Assembly (NCBI RefSeq): GCF_004010195.1
Contig: NC_057749.1
Coordinates: forward strand, 8,247,451 to 8,311,450
Source of the DNA: Chiloscyllium plagiosum
Lineage: Eukaryota
Direction of reading: 5' to 3'
Length of the DNA stretch: 64,000 nucleotides
Below the pieces are notes generated by a model. That model was given only the letters and a program-made list of their open reading frames with translations. It did no database searches and was not told where the DNA came from. Below, in pieces: positions 12,845 through 23,614 of the stretch. Made by a program: the position numbers and the translations under genes. The first letter of the stretch is position 1. Each line of letters opens with the position of its first letter.

Positions 12845-13647
12845 TAAGATGGTGGTGGAGTAGAGCTTTGGGGCCCGGAGCTTGTACGCTCCTTTCGCTT
12901 CCTATTTGTTACATTTCTGTTTTTCTCTCTCTCTCTTTTCAGTTTATTTTTTATTCTGTTTCATTTTACTTACCTCTTGTTGAAGAGCTCACTGACAGCC
13001 ACGGCATCAGTGGAGGGGAGTGAGCACAGTACAGACTCGAGTGGGCACAGCAGGGCAGGCCCATGACCCAGGTGACGTCAGAGGCAAGTGTTGTTTCTGA
13101 CAAGGTGTGACACAGAGCTGCTGCTGCAATGGAGAGGCATTGGAACTACTGGCAGCATTGGCATCCAGTGCATAATCCTGGAGCAGCAGCAGAGTCGGGT
13201 TTGGACCCAGAGGGAGACCAGCAGTGGCTGCATCAGTAAGGTGGGCCCGAAGCAGTGTCATGGTGGCGATGGAGTCAGGTTTGGGCTGATGCGGTACCTA
13301 GCAGAGTTGGTGGTGTCTGCACTGGCGAGGTTCAGTGAGGACTCATAGTGATGAGGGTGTAGGTGGAGGCAACTTGGCATCGAAGAGTGAGCAACTTTCT
13401 CTCCAACAGCAATGGCAGCAAAGAGGTCTCATGCCTGGCCACAAGGCCCAAGGCCAATGGTGGAGCACTTAATAAGAAGGACTGTAAAGTGGAACACTTT
13501 TTCCTTATTTCCTTAGTTTTACGCCCTTATATTCTATGTTATGGTTTAGTTTTCTATGTTATAAGATGGCACCAAAGTGTGGCAATGCTATGCAACACTT
13601 CTCCACTGTATTGTATAACAAGAGACACATGGCAATAAATAAATACA
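12845..13647 (+). mobile_element. Unclassified non-autonomous retroelement-like repeat
   Basis: Begins TAAGATGGTGGTGGAG, ends GGCAATAAATAAAT; both ends match the reverse complement of 36107-37056. Confidence 0.65.
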
Positions 13648-13651
13648 TAAC

Positions 13652-13760
<109 letters not shown>

Positions 13761-13767
13761 GAAAAAA

Positions 13768-14287
13768 ATTGGCATTGGAGGAGGCCCAGGACCTGCATGT
13801 CATTGGCAGAGTGGGAGGGGGAGTTGAAGTGGTCGTCCACAGGGACAAATCCTAGCCACCTGATGTCTAGATGAAGAATGCCTCATCTTCCTCCTGAGGA
13901 CCATCCAACCACATGGAATCAATGTCGATTTCACCAGATTCCTCATCTCCCTTTCCCCCACCTCAACCTAAATCCAACCTTCCAACTCAGCACCACCATC
14001 TTGAACTGTCCTACCTGTCCATCTTTCTTCCCACTTATCCGCTCCACCCTATCATCATCACCCACCACCTTCATCTACCTGCCGCATTCCAAGCTACCAT
14101 TCCCCCCAGCCCCACCTCCCGCTTCTACTTATCTCTCAGCCCCCTTGCCCCTCCCCCACATTCCTGATAAAGGGCTTATGCTTGAAACGTTGACTCTCCT
14201 GCTCCTCAGATGCTGCCTGACCGGCTGTGCTTTCCAAGTGCCACATTTTGACTCTGATCTCCAGCTTCTGCAGTCTTCACTTTCTCT
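13768..14287 (+). mobile_element. Penelope-like element 3' end (ORF C-terminus, C-rich UTR, family-A hammerhead repeat) with an apparently inverted 5' piece
   Basis: 13872-13945 reads EECLIFLLRTIQPHGINVDFTRF (PLE terminal 'LIFxLGTLxPxGxN' motif), followed by CCTGATAAAGGGCTTATGCTTGAAACGTTGA and the family-A tail. Confidence 0.8.
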
Positions 14288-14497
14288 TTTAAGGTTCTCA
14301 GCCAGTTATAGTTGTATCATGCTCTTACTTAACTTGGACATAGCAACTGCAACATTTGCAATGTGTTTGTGAAGTGCATTGGGAAGGTTTATTGTAATGA
14401 AAGCAATATATACATTTGTACATGATAATACCTTCATTTTTCTGAGCATGTGAGTCATTTGCTCATCTTCTCTCACTTACGAATATACTCCATTATA

Positions 14498-14778
14498 GTG
14501 AGTTTGGAGAAAATTGAAGTTTTGGGTGTAGGTTTGCTCGCTGAACAGGAAGGTTCATTTCCAGATGTTTCGTTACTCTACTAGGTAATATCTTCAGTGG
14601 GCCTCAGGCAAAGCAATGCTGAAAATTTCTGCTTTCTATTTATATGTTTGGGTTTCTTTGAATAGAAAAGCAGAATTTTCAGCATTGCTTCACCTGATGT
14701 CCACTGAAGATGTTACCTAGTAGAGTAACGAAACGTCTGGAAATGAACCTTCCTGCTCAGCGAGCAAACCTACATCCA
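14498..14778. mobile_element. Palindromic Penelope-derived element (family D) with 13-bp target-site duplication
   Basis: ~120-bp inverted arms; ATACTCCATTATA at 14485-14497 and 14779-14791. Confidence 0.85.
14700..14741 (+). ncRNA. Minimal type-I hammerhead ribozyme, intact core
   Basis: TCCA-CTGAAGA-T-GTTAC-CTAGTAGA-GTAAC-GAAA-CG-TC/TGGA; helix I TCCA:TGGA, helix II 5 bp, ACGT palindrome, GUC triplet. Confidence 0.8.
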
Positions 14779-14814
14779 ATACTCCATTATACAATGATAT
14801 TAATTGAAAATAAA

Positions 14815-15625
14815 CTTGGGCTGTCAAGTGGCAGCCACACAAATGACAAGCAATGACCACATCCAATACGAGACAATCTAATCACCACCCCTTGATGTTC
14901 AATAGTGTTGCCATCACTGAATCCCTCACTTCCAACATCCTTGGGGTTACTATTGACCATAAACCCAACTGGACTTGTCACTGGTGACACAAACAGGTCA
15001 GAAGTTAGAAATACTGTGGTGAGGTATTCTGTGGTCAGGTGAATATACTGTGGGCAGGTGAATCTACTGTCTCCCAAAGCCCATCCACAATCTACAAGGC
15101 TCAAGTCAGGAGTGTGATGAAGCACTCCCCACTTGCCTGGATGGGTGCAGCACCAACAACACTCAGGAAGCTTAACACCATCCAGGACAAAGCAGCCCGC
15201 TTGATTGTCACCACATCCACAAGCTTCCACTTCTACCATCAATGCTCAGTAGCAGCAGTGTGCACTACAGAAATTCATCAAAGATCCTTAAACAGCACCT
15301 TCCACGACCACTTCCACCTAGAGGGGCAAGGACAGCAGATGTATTGCAACACCACCAACTGCAAGTTCCCCTCCAAGCCACTCACCATCCTAACTTTGCA
15401 TGTCATTTGTGTGGCTGCCACTTGACAGCCCAAGTTTATTTTCAATTAATATCACCATTCCTTCATGTTACTGGATCCCAGAATTCCTTCCCTAATGGCA
15501 TTGTGAGTCAACCCACAGCAGGTAGACTGCAGTTGGTTCAAGAAGGCAGCTCACCACCATAGTCTCAAAGACAATAAGATGCTGGCCAGCCGGTAATGCC
15601 CACATTCCATGAATGAATTTAAAAA
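14815..15625 (+). mobile_element. CR1-type LINE 3' fragment (family B)
   Basis: STIYKAQVRSVMKHSPLAWMGAAPTTLRKLNTIQDKAARLI (post-RT CR1/L2-type motif) and TGAATGAATT tail. Confidence 0.85.
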
Positions 15626-15959
15626 ATTCATTTCCTTCGTGTTTTTAAAATTATATTGAACATCAGTAATAAATTCCCGAGGTTAGTCAGATATTGATTT
15701 AACTAATTTGCCTATTTTACTTGATTCCCTATACATTTAAAGTTGGCATTCCTATTCAAGGTAATATGATCATTCAACAAAGGAATTCTTAATTGAGATC
15801 ATTAATACATTTCACACCAAACAGCAATTTCCAGCAGCATTCTAATGGGGTTCTCCTGGTCACAGTTTCTTAAGTGCAGCTACTAGCATTGATAACTAGT
15901 ATTACTGTTTGTATAACCTCTCCTATTAATTATCTAATTTACGATACTCTACCAGACAA

Positions 15960-16130
15960 GATATTTAGCTGTAAATCCCTTGCTGAGCACCTTGTCAAAT
16001 GTTTTCTGAAAGTCAATTGTTTAATGTCAATCACATTGCCTTTGTCATCTAACTCTGTTGCGTCTTCATAACATTCCAATAAATTTGTTCGGCATGGTCG
16101 CCTTTTCATGAAGCTCGGAATATGATTTAT
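15960..16130 (-). mobile_element. Old CR1 reverse-transcriptase fragment
   Basis: Minus strand IDFQKTFDKV, matching the RT motif LDFxKAFDKV. Confidence 0.6.
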
Positions 16131-17747
16131 TGCTTGTGCTCTTGCTAGATATCAGGAATTGTTTGCATTCCAGTAATTTTCTTATAACAGCTTACAAACC
16201 TAGGGCTTTTGAGGTCACAGTGGTAACCTTTCATTTATTGAGATATGGATGTACTTTAGAGTCTCCTGGCACCATTCCTGCACCTAAAAATCTTTCAAAA
16301 GTTTCCAACACAACCTTTCCATTGATGCTTTTCTATTGCAAGCTCAGGTGGCTTCCAAAAGAACCTGGTATTTTATGATTCTCAAGTTCCAGCACTCATT
16401 TCACTCAGTGTGTGCTGACCCTTACTGGAATGAGATCAGCTAGGAACAAATACCTGGAAATAAGTTACTGTTCTTCCTGTGGGAACTCTAGCAGTCACCA
16501 CTGAGAGTACCTATGAGTGAATGATGTCGGAACAAAACCGAGTCCTCTCTTCAACTGATATCCAGCAGAGGTATGGGACTCCTCTTTTCAATTCATTCAT
16601 GGGATGTGGGCATCGCTGACTGGGCCAGGACATGTGTAGTCTGGTATATCTTTGTTGCTGTGTCTACCAGTGCCATCTGAGATGCCTTGGATAGCTTCAT
16701 GACCACCAATCCTTTTGTGGGCATTACTCTAAGTTGCTGATACCACACGGCGATGTGTACCATACAACATCCTTGGCAAAAGAGCGGCTCACTTTCATTA
16801 CATAGGGCTTAATAGTTAGTCACATTGAATCAGTGTAAAATGTCTCATGAGACCTCAAACTAGAATTATGATTTAGTATAATTCACCATTTAGCTACATG
16901 GAACTTAGCATTTAGAACCTAGAGCTTAGAAATTGGTAAGTTCCTCCAGGACCTATCCTTTATATTTTGATGGACAGAGCTTATCATGGGAGGTCAGTTA
17001 ACCCTTTCAGTTAGTAACTGCCTTATACAAAACTTCAACCCAAGATTGTTTTTCTAGTTATTAAATTCCTTGTGTGTTTTTTTTTCAAATAAGGTTAACC
17101 CAAATGGTTACCACTGACACATCTCCTCCCATATTCAGTTTGTTGCTGTACTGCAACCATGGGTAGGCCTTGGATTGAGCAAATAGGCAGTTGAGAGACA
17201 ATTGAATAATATCTCAAGTCTACAAGATCAGTAGTATCTTAAGATCTCTCAGTTGTGAAGAGTTACCATAGTGTAAATTAATCCATCTCAGGTGGTGTAT
17301 CTTGGGATAAGCAAACATTCTCTTGAGAGACCTATAAGTCATCGCCTTATTGAATAAAGGTAAGTTGATCACTTTTACTTAGCTTCTGAGATGTTTAAGG
17401 ATCTTCAACTTACTGTTGAATTTTAAGAGCTTTTTGGATTTTGCTAGCATACATTTATTACTCAAAATGGGCTTAATGTAGTTTGGAGTTTGTTGGTCAT
17501 AGACATGGTGGGCTAAAGAGCCTAAGTTACTCTGTGGCTCTATGATCGATATCTACAATGCTGGACCATCCACTCAGCACTGCTGGCTGAAGATCGTTGG
17601 AAATGTTTCAGCCTTGTCATGAGCGGAATGGCCACTTGTGACACAGCAGCACCATAGTTATGGGATATGGGTGCCATCAGCAAATCTATATATATGTAGC
17701 ACCTTCCATTACCTGATGACATCCCAAAGAATTTTACAGTCGATAAA

Positions 17748-18890
17748 AGAGTCACAGACTCATAGAGATGTACAGCATGGAAACAGACCCTTCGGTCCAA
17801 CCCATCCATGCTGACCAGATATCCCAACCCAATCTAGTCCCACCTGCCAGCACCCAGCCCATATCCCTCCAAACCCTTCCTATTCATATACCCATCCAAA
17901 TGCCTCTTAAANNNNNNNNNNNNNNNNNNNNNNNNNNNNNNNNNNNNNNNNNNNNNNNNNNNNNNNNNNNNNNNNNNNNNNNNNNNNNNNNNNNNNNNNN
18001 NNNNNNNNNNNNNNNNNNNNNNNNNNNNNNNNNNNNNNNNNNNNNNNNNNNNNNNNNNNNNNNNNNNNNNNNNNNNNNNNNNNNNNNNNNNNNNNNNNNN
18101 NNNNNNNNNNNNNNNNNNNNNNNNNNNNNNNNNNNNNNNNNNNNNNNNNNNNNNNNNNNNNNNNNCCTTTCAAGTTTCACAACATCTTTCCGATAGGAAG
18201 GAGACCAGAATTGCACGCAATATTCCAACAGTGGTCTAACCAATGACCTGTACAGCCGCAACATGACCTCCCAACTCCTGTACTCAATACTCTGACCAAT
18301 AAAGGAAAGCATACCAAATGCCTTCTTCACTATCCTATCTACCTGCGACTCCACTTTCAAGTTGATCACTTTTACTTAGCTTCTGAGATGTTTAAGGATC
18401 TTCAACTTACTGTTGAATTTTAAGAGCTTTTTGGATTTCGCTAGCATACATTTATTACTCAAAATGGGCTTAATGTAGTTTGGAGTTTGTTGGTCATAGA
18501 CATGGTGGGCCAAAGAGCCTAAGTTCAGCAACACTCCCTAGGACCTTACCATTAAGTGTACAGGTCCTGCTAAGATTTGCTTTCCCAAAATGTTGCACCT
18601 CGCATTTATCTGAATTAAACTCCATCTACCACTTCTCAGCCCATTGGCCCATCTGATCAATATCCTGTTGTAATCTGAGGTAACCTTCTTCGCTGTCCAC
18701 CACACCTCCAATTTTGGTGTCATCTGCAAACTTACTAACCATACCTCTGATGCTAGCATCCCAATCATTTATATAAATGACAAAAAGTAGAGGACCCAGC
18801 ACCAATCCTTGTGGCACTCTACTGGTCACAGGCCTCCAGTCTGAAAAACAACCTTGTACCACCGCCCTCTGTATTCTGCCTTTGAACCAT
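17748..18890 (-). mobile_element. HER1/CR1 LINE, 5'-truncated, RT domain to 3' tail (contains an assembly gap and a 167-bp templated insert)
   Basis: VPQGLVLGPLLFVIYIND..SKFADDTK and LYRSLVRPLLEYCVQFWSP motifs. Confidence 0.93.
17912..18165. other. Assembly gap
   Basis: Run of N. Confidence 1.
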
Positions 18891-18964
18891 GAACATAAAA
18901 TTAAGGATGTCATCCTTCAGTTATACAAGACATTGATGAGACATCAAATGCTGTGCGTAGTTTT

Positions 18965-19730
18965 ACACAGAAACATAGAAAATAGCAGCAGAAGTAGGCC
19001 ATTCAGCCCCTCAAGTCCGCTCCATCTTTCATTGTGATCATGGCTGATCATCAAGCTCAATACACTAATCCCACACTCCCTCATATTCCTTGATCCCATT
19101 AGCCATAACAGCTATATCTACCTCCTTCTTGAATACACATAATGTTTTGGCCTCAACCACTTTCTGTGGGAGTGAATTCCAGAGGCTCACCACTGTCTGG
19201 GTGAAGACATTTTTCCTCATCTCAGTCCCAAACAATTTGGTCTCCTTATTTAAGAAAGGATCTCAATACATTAGAGGTGGTTCAGAGTGGATTTACTGGA
19301 CTGATACCTGGAATGAGTGGGATGTCTTTTCAGGAAAAAGTGGACAGGTTGGGCTTGTCTTCATTGGTGTTTCGAAAAGTAAAGGGTGATTTGATTAAAA
19401 TTCATAAGATCCTGAGTGGTCTTGACAAGATGGGAATGGGACAGAATGTTTCCTCTTGTCCTCAGGACTAGGGGGGGGGCACTATTTTACAATTTGGGAT
19501 TGCCCTTTTAGGACTGAGACAAGAGAAATTCTTTTCTCTTGGGGGTGTTGTGTGACTTGGAACACAGTGCCCTAGTGGGAGGTGGGATCATTGAACGCTT
19601 TCTTGTTAGACAAAAAAAAATCAATTGTTATCAGGGACAGATGGGAACATGGAATTCAAAACATAAATATGCTCTGATCGAACAGCAGAGCAAGTTCGAA
19701 GGGCTGAATGGCCTGTCTGTGTTCCAAGTT
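18965..19730. mobile_element. Two CR1 LINE 3' fragments (18965-19230 minus; 19235-19730 plus)
   Basis: GTAGGCCATTCAGCCC tail; FTGLIPGMSGMSFQEKVDRLGL..GDLIKIHKILSGLD. Confidence 0.75.
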
Positions 19731-20245
19731 TAGTCACAAGGAACGGGTCAGATAACTCATGCATAGAAAGCTCCCACAAATGGCAATGAGATGCATAACT
19801 AGATATTCTGCTTTGCAGATTATGATTGAAAACTCAACACTGGCTATGACACCAGAATTTACCTGTTCTTGTTTGGCTGTGAATGTAAACACCCACCTGG
19901 CCTAGTTAATTCACTTTGTTTTGAAGTCTCCTCCAAAAGATGAAAGGATACAAGCGCTTAATGTACTTTCACAGATTTCTCTCTCCTCATAAATGAACAA
20001 AGATGTTCTAATCTATATATTAAATACTAGTGTGCTTCTATCCCTATTATTTCAAACCCTGTATTTTCGCATTAATACAAGAGCCTTCTTTTGTTCATAG
20101 CACGTTAAGAAATGGGAGATTGCACTTTGATTGCAGTGGAGTTTTAACAACATAGGAAAATATGCCATTGTTGAGATGAAATATAAGGATTGTTAAACTG
20201 CAGAAACTAGCCACGTAGAATTATCTCGAGTCCACAGCACAGAAA

Positions 20246-20415
20246 CGGTGGCTCAGTGGTTAGCACTGCTGCCTCACAGCGCCAGGGACCCGCGTTCGTT
20301 TCCAGCCTCGGGCGACTGTCTGTGTGACGTTTGCACATTCACCCTGTGTCTGTGTGGGAAACCCATGCAGACATGGGGAGAATATGCAAACTCCACACAG
20401 ACAGTTGCTCGAGGC
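20246..20415. mobile_element. Rearranged HE1 SINE: plus-strand head joined to an inverted internal fragment
   Basis: Head to ~20357, then GGAAACCCATGCAGACATGGGGAGAATATGCAAACTCCACACAGACAGT (antisense). Confidence 0.8.
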
Positions 20416-21679
20416 TACTTGCTGTATTTGGATGGTCTTATTAACTTGCTGCATGAAAAGATACAAAAACTAAAATTCACAAAATAGATTGGTGACTAGA
20501 ATAAAGGTTTGGCATGTTTGAAAGATCCAGTCTTAAGTATCTGTACAACTGAAATACAAGTTGAAACTAATTAAGGACCTTATACGTGGAGAAAGGACGT
20601 TGATGGCAAACTTTGCTGATAGTTTTGTGTGTCTGTTTCAACAACTACAGCTTGATAGAGTCTGATTCCAACCATGAAAGAGGATGGTGAATCGAGTCAT
20701 TTTATCGCCCCTCTCCCACTCCCTCCCCCAGTTTAAATTGAAATAATAAATTCCGAACGAGGAGGCAAAGTTAAAATGTTGGGAGGTGGGGGTGGAACAG
20801 ACAATATAACGAAAGTCAAATCAGAGGCAGATTATTGTGGCCTTGTTCTCATTTCATTTGTGCAACGCCGTCAGCCCTGGGAAACGTCAAATTGACACAA
20901 AATGATTTTCCTGTCAAGCAGATGGTTGTCATGTGACAGAATGCAATTCCTGAAAGTTGGCAGCTCCGATCCAGTTGTGTGCGTGACAGACAATTCTCAT
21001 GGTTTATCTGAAATGGAAGTAGTGATGTAGGTAAATGCCTCAACGTGCCAGCTATTCTGATGTCTGATTAGGGGCTTTTGTTTGCTCTCACGATGTGATG
21101 CCAGTATATGAACGTTCGCTCTGATATTTGATTGATGCCACATAAGGCTTGTTGTTTCACCACGTTGAGCTATAAGCTCCGAACCTGCTAACTGCCACAG
21201 CGACCTTGGTACTTTTGATGAAATAGCAGGTGTTCTAAAAATATAATCAATTCGTGGTATAAAAATCATGAAGGGGAGGGAGGAAAGAGAGAGAGAGGAG
21301 GAGGAGGAGAAATCCAACTCAGGCAGTGAATTATGGTTTCATCTGTTACTTTTGAGGATGACAAGCAGAAGTTCTAGTTTAATTACCAGTTTGTAGAGAA
21401 ACGCTATACATCTCCCCTAATTGCTGGCACTAATTGCCAAATAGAATTGTACAAGGGAAGGTGACAGCATCCCCATAGGTGGACGAATTTAATTTAAATT
21501 TATGCACCTTTCCAACAAGTTCATGTGGACTAAAAGCAATAAATCCTCCCCTCTTACTTTCAGACTGTCCTCTTCCTACAATTCTCATGTGCCTTTCTCC
21601 CCCCAGTGCCAGTGGGATATTGTTCATTTTTCCATTTCTGTCTGGAGTCTGACGATTTAGTCTGATTGCAGGGATGGTG

Positions 21680-22140
21680 TGGACTGACGTGTGAGGAAAG
21701 ATTGACTAGGTTAGAATTGTCTTCACTGGAGTTCAGCCGACTGAAGGGGGGATTCTCATTAATCCTTACATAGTTCTCATAGGATTAGACAGGGTAGATG
21801 CAGCGAGGATGTTTCCAATGATGGGTGTGGCTAGAACCAGGGGTCACAGTCTGAGTATTCGGGATGGACCATTTAGGATGGGAATGAGGAGACATTTCTT
21901 CACTCAGAGAATGGTGAGCCTGTGGAATTCGTTACCATAGGAAGTAGTTGATGCCAAAACATTGAGTGTGTTTAAGAGGCGGATAGATATAGCACTTGGG
22001 GTGAATGGGATCAAAGGTCATGGGGAGAAAGTAGGATTAGGCTATCAGGTTGGACAATCAACCATGAGCATGTTGGTTGCCCGAACAGGCTTGAAGGGCC
22101 AAATGGCCTCCTCCTGCTCCTACCTTCTATGTTTCTATGT
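21680..22140 (+). mobile_element. CR1 LINE 3' fragment
   Basis: TTTCTTCACTCAGAGAATGGTGAGCCTGTGGAATTC (FFTQRMVSLWN) and (TTCTATGT)n tail. Confidence 0.85.
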
Positions 22141-23522
22141 TTACCGGGCACCCAATAGAATGGTGCAGCATGAAAGAGGATGTCCTACCTTCTGGATGGA
22201 GTTTAATGAGGGTAATGGAAGGGACCACAAAGCCTGCCACCACAACTATCGGTAAACTATAACTCCTTCCCCCTGCGATCCCTCTTCACGAATCCAGGGG
22301 GTCATTAAAGTCACAATCCTTTGCAGTTTGGTGACAGAATTGGATAAGGTAGGATGGGTGCTTTGTCTTGGGTTTTAATTCCCCCTTTGTTGGAATTACC
22401 CCCCTTGTCAAACTTCCACTCCTGCCTCCCAATGAATTAGGAATAGATTTTATTGCCAAGTGTATTCAAGTACAGAAGTACAAGAGTACAGTGAAAAGTT
22501 TACAATGTCACCCCTCACAGTGCCACCTTTGCTACGAAGTACCTAGGTACAAGTCTTAGGTACCAAACAGAGAAATGAAGAAAAGAAGGTTACATTACCT
22601 CACAGTTATTCAGAGTGTGAGTTAGAAAATAAGAAATAAAGTTAAAAAGGATAAACATTACTGCCACATAAACAGATCACCATAAGACCATAAGACATAG
22701 GAGCAGAAACTAGGCCATTAGCCCACTGAGTCTGCTCTGCCATTCAATCATGGATGATAAGTTCTCAACTCTGCTTTCTCCCCGTACCCCTTGATCTCCA
22801 TGATATTTCAACACCTATCTATCTATCTCTGTCTTAAATATATTCAAAGAACATTACATTGCAGTTGATCAATGTAGGGGTCTTTCACATGTGGTCTTAC
22901 CGGGCTCTCAAGCCCTTAACAAGGCCTATGTGAAAGGCCTCATCCCACCATCACTGGGAGTAGCCCAGCTGCATATGATGGGGGGGTTGATGTGACCGCA
23001 CAGTGCAGCTCCTTGATCAGAGGCACTCAGTTCCTGATCACACTTTGGAATAAAGGGGAGCATTGAGAGACACCCCCGAACTTGGGAGGGGATGCCCTTG
23101 GAGTATTATCACTGGGATTTATAATTTCATGCGATTCAGACATCCAGGTTCAAATCCTGCCCTGGCAGGTGTTGCACGTTGAATTCAGTTTTATAAAAAC
23201 TCTGGAATCAAGATTCTCGTGATGACCACTGTCAGGAAATCTTGTGTATTAGGGAAAGAAACTGCCTAGTCTGACCTACATGTGTCTCCAGACCCACAGC
23301 AAGGTGGTTGACTCTGAACTACTGTCTGGAAAATTGGGGTTGGGCAATAAATGCTGACCTAGTCAGTGGCACCCCCATCCTGTGAATGAATAGAAAGCAA
23401 ACTTGATTCTGATCCCAAGTAAACTGGGCATTTCTCAATGGATCAAAAGATGAGGGTTGTACGTGGGTTCATGTGATGAAGTGGGGCAAGGTCGCTATTA
23501 ACCCTTGGATGACCTTGTTGTG

Positions 23523-23614
23523 CTGAAAATGTGTTGCTGGAAAAGCGCAGCAGGTCAGGCAGCATCCAAGGAACAGGAGAATCAACGTTTCAGGCATAAG
23601 CCCTTCTTCAGGAT
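23523..23614 (-). mobile_element. Penelope-derived family-A element with hammerhead core
   Basis: Minus: TC-CTGAAGA-A-GGGC-TTAT-GCCT-GAAA-CG-TT-GA; CTTGTTGTG duplicated at 23514-23522 and 23615-23623. Confidence 0.8.

Noticed and set aside
16633..17120. TGTGT...ACACA bounded segment, possible solo LTR
   Set aside because: No target-site duplication and no second copy
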